This document shows, one piece after another, positions 22,501 through 31,700 of a stretch of DNA of 64,000 bases. Where the stretch lies: IMG/VR virus record IMGVR_UViG_3300008448_000012, positions 32,001 to 96,000 of that record; one strand, 5' to 3'. The notes under the pieces were generated by a model that saw only the letters and a list, made by a program, of their open reading frames with translations, made no database searches and was not told the origin of the DNA. Source of the stretch: a virus. The first letter of the stretch is position 1. Each line of letters begins with the position of its first letter. The translations under genes and the position numbers were made by a program.

Positions 22501-25500
22501 AGAACAATATGTTCAGAAGGGATACTTCAAGAAAATATCTGATAAAACATTTGATGAACTTGTAGATAGGACAAGAGACTATCTTAGAGTGTTCAATATT
22601 GAGTTTGATAGTGATGGTAATATTAACATCAATGATGAGGGAGCTAATAATAGAGACTATGCTGCTGAAACATTCAGTATAAACTTTAAGAAGTCTTCTC
22701 CTTATGCTGTTAAACTTCTAATTAGTTCATTGATTAGGACAGGAAGAGTTAATCAGGAAAAGATACTCACTCCTAGTGCAGATATTGTTGCTGATAAAAC
22801 TGGGTCTAGTGTTAAAGGATTTATGCTTGTTCCTTTTGGACAATCGTTCAATATATTGATGAACAAGTTGAATAACACTCTTGACAAAGATGACTTTGTA
22901 AGAAAGCTTTATTCTCTTGCTAAAGAGAACTCTGATTATATAGCACTGTTCAAACGTTTGGGTGGTGATTTTGCTACAGGTAAAATCAACTTCAACAATT
23001 ATGAAGATCATGACTGGAGACTGTTTACAAGTTTCTATCAGGTGTTTACAAAACAACTTCCTGATGGAATCACCCAATATGTTGATGGTGGACAGGTTTA
23101 CAGTGGATCAGCAAACCAATCTAGAGCAATAGATCAGATTGGTAAAGAGTGGACAGAGAATATAAAAGAACTTGCAAACAAGAAGGATTCCATAATACAA
23201 TATGATCCAATTGGTAAAGCATACAAAGTTGATAAAAGTTCAGATAAGTATAAATCAATCGATATAGGAAGTCCTTCAAAGATGATTGATTTTCTTAATG
23301 AACTAGGAATCAATTTCTCTATAAGCACATACAATAGACTTAAAGGAAAACAACTAATAAATTTTGCAGAAGCTGTAAGTGGTATTAAGACAGGTCTTGA
23401 TAAGAGTGGTGTATTGATATCCATGAAGATTAAGAATAAAGAACTTGATATTACAGGAAACATCAATACAATTGCTGATCTTTATGTAAAGGCAGAAAAT
23501 CCTACAGTAGAAACAACATTCTTCAATAACTCAGGTAAGCAACAACAAGCTTTCACTGATAGCAATGCTCCTTCTGTATTTGAATCTATATTCAATTCTG
23601 TTGAAACTCTAGAAGAGCTTAAAAAGAAAATGCCTCAATTGAATGATGTATTTTCAACCACTTCCCAATTGCTCAAGCGTGGAGGAGTATTCTTTGATGA
23701 GAAAGGAAATAGAACAGATGCTAATTTGAAAGTGCAATACATTCTTGGAGATAAAGACAAGAATGATAATGATGGAACAACAATTGCAGAACTCAGTCCT
23801 GGAAAAAGAAAGTCTCTTGAGATAAATCAAAATATCAAAGGAAGCTATTACATTGTTATCCCTGGAGATGGTTCTACAGAATGGATGATGAATCTTGGTA
23901 ATCAGATTGATTACAAAGAGTTTAGAAGAGGAGCTGGTTTTGAAAAAGTGTATGAAATTTTCCAAGGATACCTGAAAGATGAAATTGCTTTGGCAAAAGA
24001 TTCTGAAAACAGGAAGAAGTTAAAGAATGTAGGAAGCAAAGCATCTGAACTCAGATTCTTTAAAGAACTGCTTTCTGAAGGTGTTCTTAAAAAAGCAAAT
24101 GATATCATAGCTGATAAAAAAGCTACACCTGCAGATATAGAAAAATTCATTGCAGATAATGCAGAAGCTATCAACTTGTCCATAAAAAATTTCATTGATT
24201 CTAGTGCAAGAAAAACATTGGAATCACTGAAATACAATGGTGAGATTGTTCTGAATAAGAACGGATCATACAGCTACAAAGGACTTGATTCAAACTTCTC
24301 AAGGAACAATGATATAAATCAAAACAAAATGTCAGAAGAACAACTTCTGAACTTGCTGACATTCACAAATGCCAATTTTGCAATAAACAACATAGAGTAT
24401 CACAAGGTTCTCTTTGGTGATCCATATCAGTTCAAGATTGCTAATAAGGACGGTAAAGTGATTTTGGATGAAACCAAACGTATTAAATCATTCCTTTCTC
24501 CAAGAAGAGTTACTCTCAGTTTTGATGAGATGAACAACTGGTATGATAAAGAGTACAATAAAGTTGGTCAAATCAGTCTTACTAAAGATGACTATGGATA
24601 TCATCAGTTTAAGAACTATGCTAAAACATTCACTGCTAAAGATGTAGAGATTGTTGGTAGTCTTGCTTCAAGGTTCCCTGCTTATGCTAAAACCAATGAG
24701 GCAGATGCTGCTTCATGGATTAGTGCAACTGCTTACAGAGAAGTTAAAATTAAAAACGGTCAATGGAGCGAAGAAGCTGAAAGATTCCATCAATGGCAAA
24801 TGGCTTATACAAGACAGAACATTCCTGGATATGTATACACCAATGAAGCATTGAGAGAACTGGATGCAAAGATTATAAGCTATCCAGTTCCCAACTATAC
24901 AATTGAGGTTATTAAACCTATTGTAACAGGAAACAAGTTCCAAAAGAATGATATAAATCTGGTATTGGATAAGTTTTCTCAAATGCCTATTTACTATCAA
25001 GCTGTAAAAGGAACTAATCTTGAAAGTCTTTATATAAAGATGTTCAAGGGTGGATATGATTATGTAGTTGTTGAGAGTGGTAGGAAAGTTGGAATAGAAG
25101 GATTGCAAGAATTGTATAAACCAAATGGTGAATTCAATGATGATGCTGCAATCAACAATACTATCAATGTTCCTTGGTCAGCATACGGTATTCAAGTGGA
25201 GAACAGTTATAATAAAGAAAAACTGCAAACACTTGGTTCTCAGCTTACTAAACTTGGTACAATGGATTTGTACAGGGATGGTGAAGCTATTGGTGATACC
25301 CCAGAAAGAAAAGAAGTTATAAAGAAAGCAGTTGAGCGTAACATCACTGCTTTGTCAGAAATGGCAATGAATGGATATAACGAACTTCTTAATAAGTTGG
25401 GTATTGAAGATCTTGGAGATGGATTTAATATTCTTGACAAAACCACTGTAGCAAATACCCTTAGACAAGAAATGCTCAAAAGGGAAATATCAGATAATGG

Positions 25501-28500
25501 AATTGATAGTGTCACTCTCAATAGTCAAACAGGTGAGTTTGAAATTCCTTTTGAAGCATCTACAAACTACAAACAAATTAAAGATATTCTTTATTCTATT
25601 GTAGACAAATCTATTGCTTCTCCAAAGGTGAACGGTTTCTCTGGTGTACAGGTGGCTGCTACAATGTGGGAAAAGTCTGGCAAAGGAAGACAGCTTGTAC
25701 AGAAAATCTATTTCCAAAAAGTTGGAGAAACTCTAAAAGAGATTACCAAAGAAAAATATGACGAACTTCCAAAATCAGAAAAGTCAACTGATTGGAAGAA
25801 AATCACTTCTAAGGAATATGAAAGTCTTCCACAAGATAGACAAGCTGATGTGCAACTGACAAGTGATGCACTTAAGTTCTATGAAGACAAAGATGGTAAA
25901 AGGTATTGTGAAGTTATGCTTCCTAACTGGTTTAGAAAGAAACTTCCTGCAGGTAAATTTAAGAGTGATGAAGAACTTATCAATTATCTGAACACCACAG
26001 AAGGTGGAAAGATTTTGATGGGTATAGGATTTCGTATTCCTACACAGGCAATTAACTCTGTAGAGGTGTTTAAGGTGAAAGGGTTCCTTCCAGATTTTAT
26101 GGGAAGAACTGTAGTGGTTCCTTCAGAAATCACTACTAAGTCAGGATCTGACTTTGACATAGATAAACTCAACATGTATCTGAAGAATGTGTACATCACT
26201 CCTAGTGGTGAAATTAAACTTGTACCATTCTTTGGATTTGGACAGCAGGCTATTGATAAAATGAAAGACTTCATTTTCCAAGAAGACATCAAGTCTGTAA
26301 TGAGCATCTATGAAGATGTTACAGGTGATCGTGAAGATGATTATGGTGAACTCTCAGAAAAGCTTTATAAGCAATCTCTTGAGAATGAATATTATGATTC
26401 TCTAGAAGAACTGTTGACACTTCCTGAAAACTTTGAACGTTTGGTTGTCCCAAATACAAGTAAGGATTTGGAAGATCTTGCCTCTGAACTTAGTAATCTA
26501 AGAGGTGAAACTGAGGAAAATGTTAAAAACAGGCTCTTGGATAGAGATGTCATGAGTGACCTTAGGCACACATTCATCACTGCAAAAAGATGGGTTGGTA
26601 GGGCAGCTGTTAATATTACAAGTCACTCTTTGTTTCAGAAAAGACTAATGTATATTGCAATTCCAAAGTTTAAAATTGTTCTTCCCCATAACTCTGTAAT
26701 AATAGATGGCACTCCTTTTGTTTCTCTTTCTGGTACATTAGATAAAGCTGGTAAATACATTTCTGATAAACTGTCAATGTATGCCAACTCCTTTGTGGAC
26801 GTTGTGAAAGATCCATACATTATGAAGATCATTTACAGTGACAGATTGGTTAGTACATTCATGTTCTTGGAAAGAGCTGGTGTTCCAATGAGATCCATAG
26901 GACTGTTTATGAATCAGCCTATTATTAGAGAATATGTAAACATCCTCGATGCTAGTGGTGCAAGTAGTTTTTCAATTGAATCAGATTCTTCATTTCTTAT
27001 AATTGGAAAAATGTTTCCAACAAAGAAGGAACTTATTGCAAAAACAAATATTGATGTAAGTAATGCTAGTTTAGCTGACTCTATATCAAAATACTATAAG
27101 GATGGTAAAACGTTAACAGATGCTGAAAATGCTCAACAGCGTTTGATATTAGAACAGTTTATTAGTTATTATAAAATGTCTGATAGCTTATTCAAAATAA
27201 CTCAGGCTACAAACTATGATACCACTAGCTTTAAAAATGCTGATGATCTTTATAGAAAACAAATAGTAACTAATTTAACAAATGAGACAAGTCCTATACC
27301 ATTTGCTCCATTAGAAATATTAAAGTCTTCTCATTTGGGAACTCTTGCTAAAGCTTTAGACAGAGCAGGATTGGCATTAGGTGAGATATTAAAATTCAAT
27401 AAGTCTGAATTTAGAGATGTATTAGAAAGATCAATCTATCAATATGCATCTAATCAATATTTGTCAAAGGATAAGTTCACAAGAGTGGCAGAAAAACTTT
27501 CAGCATCATTCTTGGATTACATTATCCAGACAAACATGAACACATTGGATCTTAAATCTCTTGTTGTTGATTCTGATTCTGTAGCAAACAGAATAGAACA
27601 AGCAAAGGTGCTTTATCCTGAGGTTAAGATATTGAAAGACTTTGTAATGGAATCCAGCGATCTTCCTGGAGGTGCTAAAACTGTAAAGCTCAGGGCAAAC
27701 GTTAAAGAGGTGTATGATGAAAATCTCTACATCGGATACATGAGAGAAATGAAATCTCATCCTGCCCTAAGAGATTTGTATAACGATCTTGTAAAACTGG
27801 CTATTGTACAAGGGACATACCAATCTGCAGTATCCATAAAGAACATTGTTCCTTTGGAAGACTATGCAGCAATTGTTGCTCCTATTATGAAGACATTGAA
27901 TGTCAATGATAACATTAGGCAGTTCTATAAAGAGAACATGTTCCAGAGAAGTAATTGGAAAGATAAGAACATTGTTCCAAGAGTGAAACCTAGTTTTTAT
28001 TTGGATGAAGAAGGTGATTATGATCCGCTAATCACTGTAGATGAAAATGATGTTGAAATCTATCAATATAGCACAAAAGCTTTTCCTGAAATTCTAGAAT
28101 TAGGAATAACATCTGGACAGAGAAAAATAATGTTACTTAGTCCAAGATCTAAAGGTTCTAAAAATAGTGTTGTAATAGTTCCTAGAATTGTTACAGTTGG
28201 AAACACTAGTGAAATGATTGATTTTATTACAGGACAAACTGTTACAAAGAGCGAGTTTGCCATCAGGAAAAAAGCTGGTGATCCAACAATAAATGAGATA
28301 TATGGGTACAAAAGATTGGAAGATAGTAATGGAGAACCTATTACAACAGATAAAGGATATTCTATATACAAGCAAATCAATCTGTTAGGTGATGGTCAGT
28401 ATGCTTCTGAGTATAAGTTATTCCCTACAAAGTCTCCAATTAATAATGGTACAGTGAAGATTGAACAGGAGATTCCTGATAATGACATCATTAGATTTTT

Positions 28501-28747
28501 ACTTAAAGATGTTTCACCAGTTATACCAGCAACATTGCAAACATCTATTTCTAATGAACCTGTAACACCTACACAACCTGTAAGTTTTGATATACTAGAA
28601 GATTTTACTTTTGAAAGAAAACAGGAAATATTGTCTAACTTTGCTACAAAGCATAAAATGACACAAGAGCAAGCCAAGAATTATATCAATGAAGCTCTTC
28701 AAAAGGATAGAGAAAATACAATAGCTAAACTTAAAGAATGTTATTAA
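16568..28747 (+). CDS. Virion-packaged DNA-dependent RNA polymerase (phi14:2 gp66-like)
   Basis: 4059 aa; catalytic GSDFDIDK (~26141-26167), RIPTQ and NSFVDVVKDP motifs. Confidence 0.9.
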   Translation: MPDFDKDLKPLINKEELPELTPNVKAPNVYQASVERLSNYANSENPFDKLAQASRSSKFDQKGVFVTNAELEANKRYRTYNPTVANQEDYAAYGQSVADKAANGLLKGVNLAATTIAGGFGMLYGAAKSPFTGRLADIWDNEVMRGLDDWNTKVDQEYLPNYYTDVEKNASWYSRDNWFKANFLFDKLIKNTGFAVGAMVSGNIANAGLLRAGAALGKAAMAGATAAEASQGFKLFSPLLRNTARAFSVGKNVEAATILEKEISSIADLTARTSKIGELAKTTNMFAGFNDAARRTAIAAYSSAGEASFEAMQTAKEFREKLVQEHIDRTGEEPIGDDLKRINEQADSVGKTSFLGNLAVLSITEYMQLPKLLGSSYSSSKQAANSLLGKVDDIAYKDGVYSALKPTTKFGKISSKIAGVSRYVFDPKEAAQEGLQYALQVGTQNYYNKAFRSNNADAYVDGVLYGLFGQDEYGEGVGALNSKEGAESMVLGGLTGGLMQARGTYIEQKTVAKNTQAFINQLNSTPGFKQSFVDRLQAANRSNVLQEQQQDAVIQGDKLEAKDLDADLMHNYLSSRIKYGRFDMVMDDINDLKMNASTKEGLSELKQQGLANVNDTIESYRERLTNFEKVANYTNELYKSIDLRYSGVMNEDKTRKYSPQVIDKMVYAASKIANYDLRIPQVESPLSQAGVTTFDVLEGIIKNNKENKEATAQALDVINNLNVTSDIKDELKTNLSDIIELSLRRKKFMEEYDDIKDNPSKYEVIDYGELGALEEPGTVSIKQEVPESEEEGAKKKVVDKEIEVGKEYSLRQPVRREGNRLQFAPKVGVLSKTLGGEYEVKLPNGNVTFFTPEQFKDYEVSDVNPASPKIAEILDKAIDSVLGRKKYESIEKPTEDKLDYINNLDNKELIDDIEQEFNEKAEEYLKELASEVARVERLMNNSEQLKKTQEDIEKLSGDNPTNDDESDIELSENFWEDMKKSAIRLFKSTINASEDWEKGPLAPHITRFIEFTNKAKDFTNRSKLKVILVTSASQKALGLDGLAQMSFEAGGDKSLLVGKEEFDKLDDNKKKEVITNGFVGAVVVEMDKNGNMFFVNKNGERIKSPEGNDIKVTEQAPINDVVFSTMPAVNLYYSNDEKSPRYRSGEKEEAANYAAAWEVYRKGLFEGNPKSATIFDFGISKGIPVINKEAREKNFVGNTLIDNDKLATQNLIVVSTKGAIAHEDGNNYRFANGRPVFKNADDLAYLNNNRFSKNKAKAIFSVIKKWSDEINQQIVDNKNIVVNENYSKFLQNVLYWNSKPGALPSANKIYLDTNTGLLHVGTKIDGEIRENTYDFANIGKYENEVINDLTNAYHNVNNKTLELGLAEPFLEFYLDENGDLKERTWTNYQSYLLSNVNPDGSNRLIEDAPLFTNISKPTESVPYPFKQKYLYLQGMDLPVEEVKPKEDEKKGDPTPAAPSNKIGEYFVDGKTVNKYNIASIKKDVELTIDIDENGEPNVTLISSEGNKDAIDTILKPENAALKNTLIGVLKNSKDADGNSLFEADKPDDYLIGKAISYSIKSKVVQISKEQKPEPSTSNTPPPPPPPPPPVTPKLTRKEEILNKLKSIRGNSLGFSSRTTPGTTKWTEDGTKVTFNSSNRDKYNRGNEIFTINDKTTISVDYNQRPSNGFRGMEELPFNAYYSENPKALLDELAALEKEEEVKPTVVEVTPAEETKPETQAPVDFSYIDDSDDSTVYKRVGVDTEAEPMSEAEVEFFKDFVGKKVPGIPYEFMDNLIRTYDNEDAYGSFEKGMMKIYKKAAKGTAFHELMEGVWMGFLSPERRRAILDEFKSKKGSFVDRASGRKIDYNEATDQEAKERIMDDFAEFMDGKIPAKSVSEKILQWFKAILDYIKAIVNKGSLKDELFREVYRGKFKNAVFPQEKMGAAAEYREVEGLNQQQVNDFVQDITARVFQIVFKTKRSLFNPEEITSKQIFDDVKEQYVQKGYFKKISDKTFDELVDRTRDYLRVFNIEFDSDGNININDEGANNRDYAAETFSINFKKSSPYAVKLLISSLIRTGRVNQEKILTPSADIVADKTGSSVKGFMLVPFGQSFNILMNKLNNTLDKDDFVRKLYSLAKENSDYIALFKRLGGDFATGKINFNNYEDHDWRLFTSFYQVFTKQLPDGITQYVDGGQVYSGSANQSRAIDQIGKEWTENIKELANKKDSIIQYDPIGKAYKVDKSSDKYKSIDIGSPSKMIDFLNELGINFSISTYNRLKGKQLINFAEAVSGIKTGLDKSGVLISMKIKNKELDITGNINTIADLYVKAENPTVETTFFNNSGKQQQAFTDSNAPSVFESIFNSVETLEELKKKMPQLNDVFSTTSQLLKRGGVFFDEKGNRTDANLKVQYILGDKDKNDNDGTTIAELSPGKRKSLEINQNIKGSYYIVIPGDGSTEWMMNLGNQIDYKEFRRGAGFEKVYEIFQGYLKDEIALAKDSENRKKLKNVGSKASELRFFKELLSEGVLKKANDIIADKKATPADIEKFIADNAEAINLSIKNFIDSSARKTLESLKYNGEIVLNKNGSYSYKGLDSNFSRNNDINQNKMSEEQLLNLLTFTNANFAINNIEYHKVLFGDPYQFKIANKDGKVILDETKRIKSFLSPRRVTLSFDEMNNWYDKEYNKVGQISLTKDDYGYHQFKNYAKTFTAKDVEIVGSLASRFPAYAKTNEADAASWISATAYREVKIKNGQWSEEAERFHQWQMAYTRQNIPGYVYTNEALRELDAKIISYPVPNYTIEVIKPIVTGNKFQKNDINLVLDKFSQMPIYYQAVKGTNLESLYIKMFKGGYDYVVVESGRKVGIEGLQELYKPNGEFNDDAAINNTINVPWSAYGIQVENSYNKEKLQTLGSQLTKLGTMDLYRDGEAIGDTPERKEVIKKAVERNITALSEMAMNGYNELLNKLGIEDLGDGFNILDKTTVANTLRQEMLKREISDNGIDSVTLNSQTGEFEIPFEASTNYKQIKDILYSIVDKSIASPKVNGFSGVQVAATMWEKSGKGRQLVQKIYFQKVGETLKEITKEKYDELPKSEKSTDWKKITSKEYESLPQDRQADVQLTSDALKFYEDKDGKRYCEVMLPNWFRKKLPAGKFKSDEELINYLNTTEGGKILMGIGFRIPTQAINSVEVFKVKGFLPDFMGRTVVVPSEITTKSGSDFDIDKLNMYLKNVYITPSGEIKLVPFFGFGQQAIDKMKDFIFQEDIKSVMSIYEDVTGDREDDYGELSEKLYKQSLENEYYDSLEELLTLPENFERLVVPNTSKDLEDLASELSNLRGETEENVKNRLLDRDVMSDLRHTFITAKRWVGRAAVNITSHSLFQKRLMYIAIPKFKIVLPHNSVIIDGTPFVSLSGTLDKAGKYISDKLSMYANSFVDVVKDPYIMKIIYSDRLVSTFMFLERAGVPMRSIGLFMNQPIIREYVNILDASGASSFSIESDSSFLIIGKMFPTKKELIAKTNIDVSNASLADSISKYYKDGKTLTDAENAQQRLILEQFISYYKMSDSLFKITQATNYDTTSFKNADDLYRKQIVTNLTNETSPIPFAPLEILKSSHLGTLAKALDRAGLALGEILKFNKSEFRDVLERSIYQYASNQYLSKDKFTRVAEKLSASFLDYIIQTNMNTLDLKSLVVDSDSVANRIEQAKVLYPEVKILKDFVMESSDLPGGAKTVKLRANVKEVYDENLYIGYMREMKSHPALRDLYNDLVKLAIVQGTYQSAVSIKNIVPLEDYAAIVAPIMKTLNVNDNIRQFYKENMFQRSNWKDKNIVPRVKPSFYLDEEGDYDPLITVDENDVEIYQYSTKAFPEILELGITSGQRKIMLLSPRSKGSKNSVVIVPRIVTVGNTSEMIDFITGQTVTKSEFAIRKKAGDPTINEIYGYKRLEDSNGEPITTDKGYSIYKQINLLGDGQYASEYKLFPTKSPINNGTVKIEQEIPDNDIIRFLLKDVSPVIPATLQTSISNEPVTPTQPVSFDILEDFTFERKQEILSNFATKHKMTQEQAKNYINEALQKDRENTIAKLKECY

Positions 28748-28748
28748 T

Positions 28749-31700
28749 ATGGCATGTATAAATCCAAATAGTGCAGAATTTAAAGCTGCTCTTGAGAAAG
28801 TAGGTGGTAATCCATTATTGGCTGAGATTAATCTTTCTAAGCAACAGGAACTTTCTGTAAAGATTGAAAATGAAATGGGTGAATCCTATTGGAAAAATCT
28901 TTATACAGGCAATAGACTATCTAATAGAGAAGATTTCGTATCAGTTGCTATACCTGGAATCCCTAATAAATTCAAGCCTGACTACTATAATGTATATCAT
29001 GGAACAAATGTATACAATATAAGTGATGATGGAAGTTTAGTATTGACTCCTTCTAAAAACTTTGATGACAAAACTACATCAATATCTTTAACTCAGATTC
29101 CTGTAGTTGCTCAAGATTACATGCTTAGAAAAGATGGGAATGTGATTATTAAAATAAAGAATGGAGCATTAGGAGATAATTATGATGTAGAATCTGCAGA
29201 AGAGATAGCTATCAATGGAAACAAACCTTTAGTTGTTCCAAAAGGACAATATGAAATAATAACAGTCCCTACGCTAAAAGAGAAGATGCGTCAAAAGTAT
29301 AGTGCGGAGGTTGATGATGTAGCTGAAGAAATGATGTCAGAAGCTAGTTCTGATATAGAGCTTCTTGATTCAATTTATTCTAACAGAATAGAGGCAGCAA
29401 ATTATTCTGAATTGCAAGAGTTTGAAAGAGGTTCAGAAAATGATACTACTCCTGATTGGTATGTTCCTGATGAATATATTGCATCTAGAGCTGCTGAAAA
29501 AGTTTTTAATAAGATTAAAAATAAAATAGATAAGTCATTTATTGTCAACGGGTTATCTGAAAAGATATTAGACACCATTAGAAAAATTGGAAATAAAGTT
29601 GATGTAAATGAAATGTATTTGTCAAATATTTCCACTTATGGATCAAGAAATTCTCCTCATGGAGGTGACTTGTTTGATTTCCTAGTTCGTGAAATAAATG
29701 CTACAAAGAGTGAGAAAGAGTCTATAATAAAAGAAATAAAAGATATTGTAGACAACAATCAACAAGCAGCTATTGACTTTTACAACTCTCCAGAACAAGT
29801 TCAGAAAAGAAAAGAAGAAGCTAGATTGTATGAAGAAAATTTAAAAAAGTTTAAAGAACTATCAAATGATAAGGATTTAGACTTTCTTCCATTTCAATTA
29901 ATAGGAACAGAAACATCTAAAGCTTCTCCTAAAACAATAAGATTGGTGAAAGACCTTCTTAAAAGAATAGGGGTTAATTATCAATCAGTTAGCTCTATAA
30001 GAGTGAATGGATTAGAGATTGGAGCAAATGGTGTTGCTGATATTACACAGAAGCTTGTACAAATTGTACAGGGTAAGGAAGATGTTGCTCTTACAGAGGA
30101 AGCAATGCACTTTGTTGTTGAACTTTTGGAACAAAAAGACCCTGCTTTGTTCAACAAACTTCTTGGTGAAATAAATGGTTACAACATGTACAAAAGTGTT
30201 GTAGCTGAGTATGGATCTCTTAAAGAATATCAAACAGCTGATGGTAAACCAGATATCAGAAAGCTTAAGAAAGAAGCTATTGCAAAAGTACTCACTGAGG
30301 TTGTTATCAAGAAGAATGAAGGATATACAGAAAAGCCTGAACTTCTGGCTAAGTCTGAATCTTGGTGGGATAGAATAGTTAATGCAATTAGAGGAATATT
30401 CTCAAAATCAGGATTTGATCAAGCAGCAATGCAAGTGCTATCTGGAGAGTTCGAAGGAACTGTAGATGAACTTAGAGGTGATGGTGGAGTGTATCTACAA
30501 GAGTCTAAATCAGTACAGCAAAAGATTATTGACAATTTAAAAGATATACAGTCAAGGATAAAGAAACCTACAACAGATGGTGGAAAATATACCATTGATG
30601 GTAAAGAGATTAAGAATAGGGTGAGTGATTTGTCCAAGACTTGGTATGAGAATAGGTTTGCTGATAAAGATCTTGTAAAGTCTGAATTTGCTCAAGCTGT
30701 AGATGATCTTAAGAAAGAAAAAGGAACAGCAGGACATGCTGACTTTGAACAAATGATGAAGAATCATTTCCTTGATGCTGATGGTAAGTTCATAAAGAAT
30801 GAAGCAGATAGACCTTCTGATGCTAATTATGTTTCTCAAATCAATCCTTATGATAGAGAAATGTATGATACTCTTAAAGCAAACATGGAGCAACGTTTAG
30901 CATCATTTCCTGATGGCACAGTGTTTCTTGCAGAAACAACAATATATGATCCTAAGCGTGATCTTGCAGGTACCATTGACTTCATAGCTGTAGAACCTTC
31001 AGGCAAGACACATATCCTTGACTGGAAGTTCATGGATATTAATATTGATAAAACAGAAGATGTTCCTTGGTATAAGGTTGGAGCTTGGAAAACTCAAATG
31101 AAAAACTATAAGCTTATTCTAAAGAATGCTTATGGTGTTCAGTTTGATGGAACTGAGCAAACAACAATGATTCCTATCAGAGCTGAATACAGTAAAGGTG
31201 ATTCCAAGAAAAAGATTAAGCCTCAATTGCTTAAAATATATATTGGAAATGTCAATGTTAAAGATGAAGAAAGAGCCTATCTACTTCCTGTAGGTCTTGA
31301 AGAACAGAAAACTGGTGATAAGAGAATTGATAAACTCATTGAGCAGCTTAACAATATCTATGAAACCATTTCTTCAAGAAAAGCTACTCCTGATCAAAAA
31401 GGAGTAAAAGCTGAACAACTTAATGAGTTATATAAAGCAATCAGACAATTGCAAGTTAGACAAAACTTTAAACCCCTAGTTCATCAGGCAAAGGTGCTTA
31501 ACAAAGAGATTAGAAGCATAATCAAAGATTATAATGAGAACTGGAAGTCTAAAGATCTCAGTACAATAAGTAGGGCTGAGAAGAATGACTTTGCAAATAA
31601 GATTCTTACATATGAAAAGTCTCTCACTGTATATACAACTCTCTACAAGAATCTAAGAGGTTTGTTTGGGGATACACTTACAGAAGAAGATAAAAAACTT

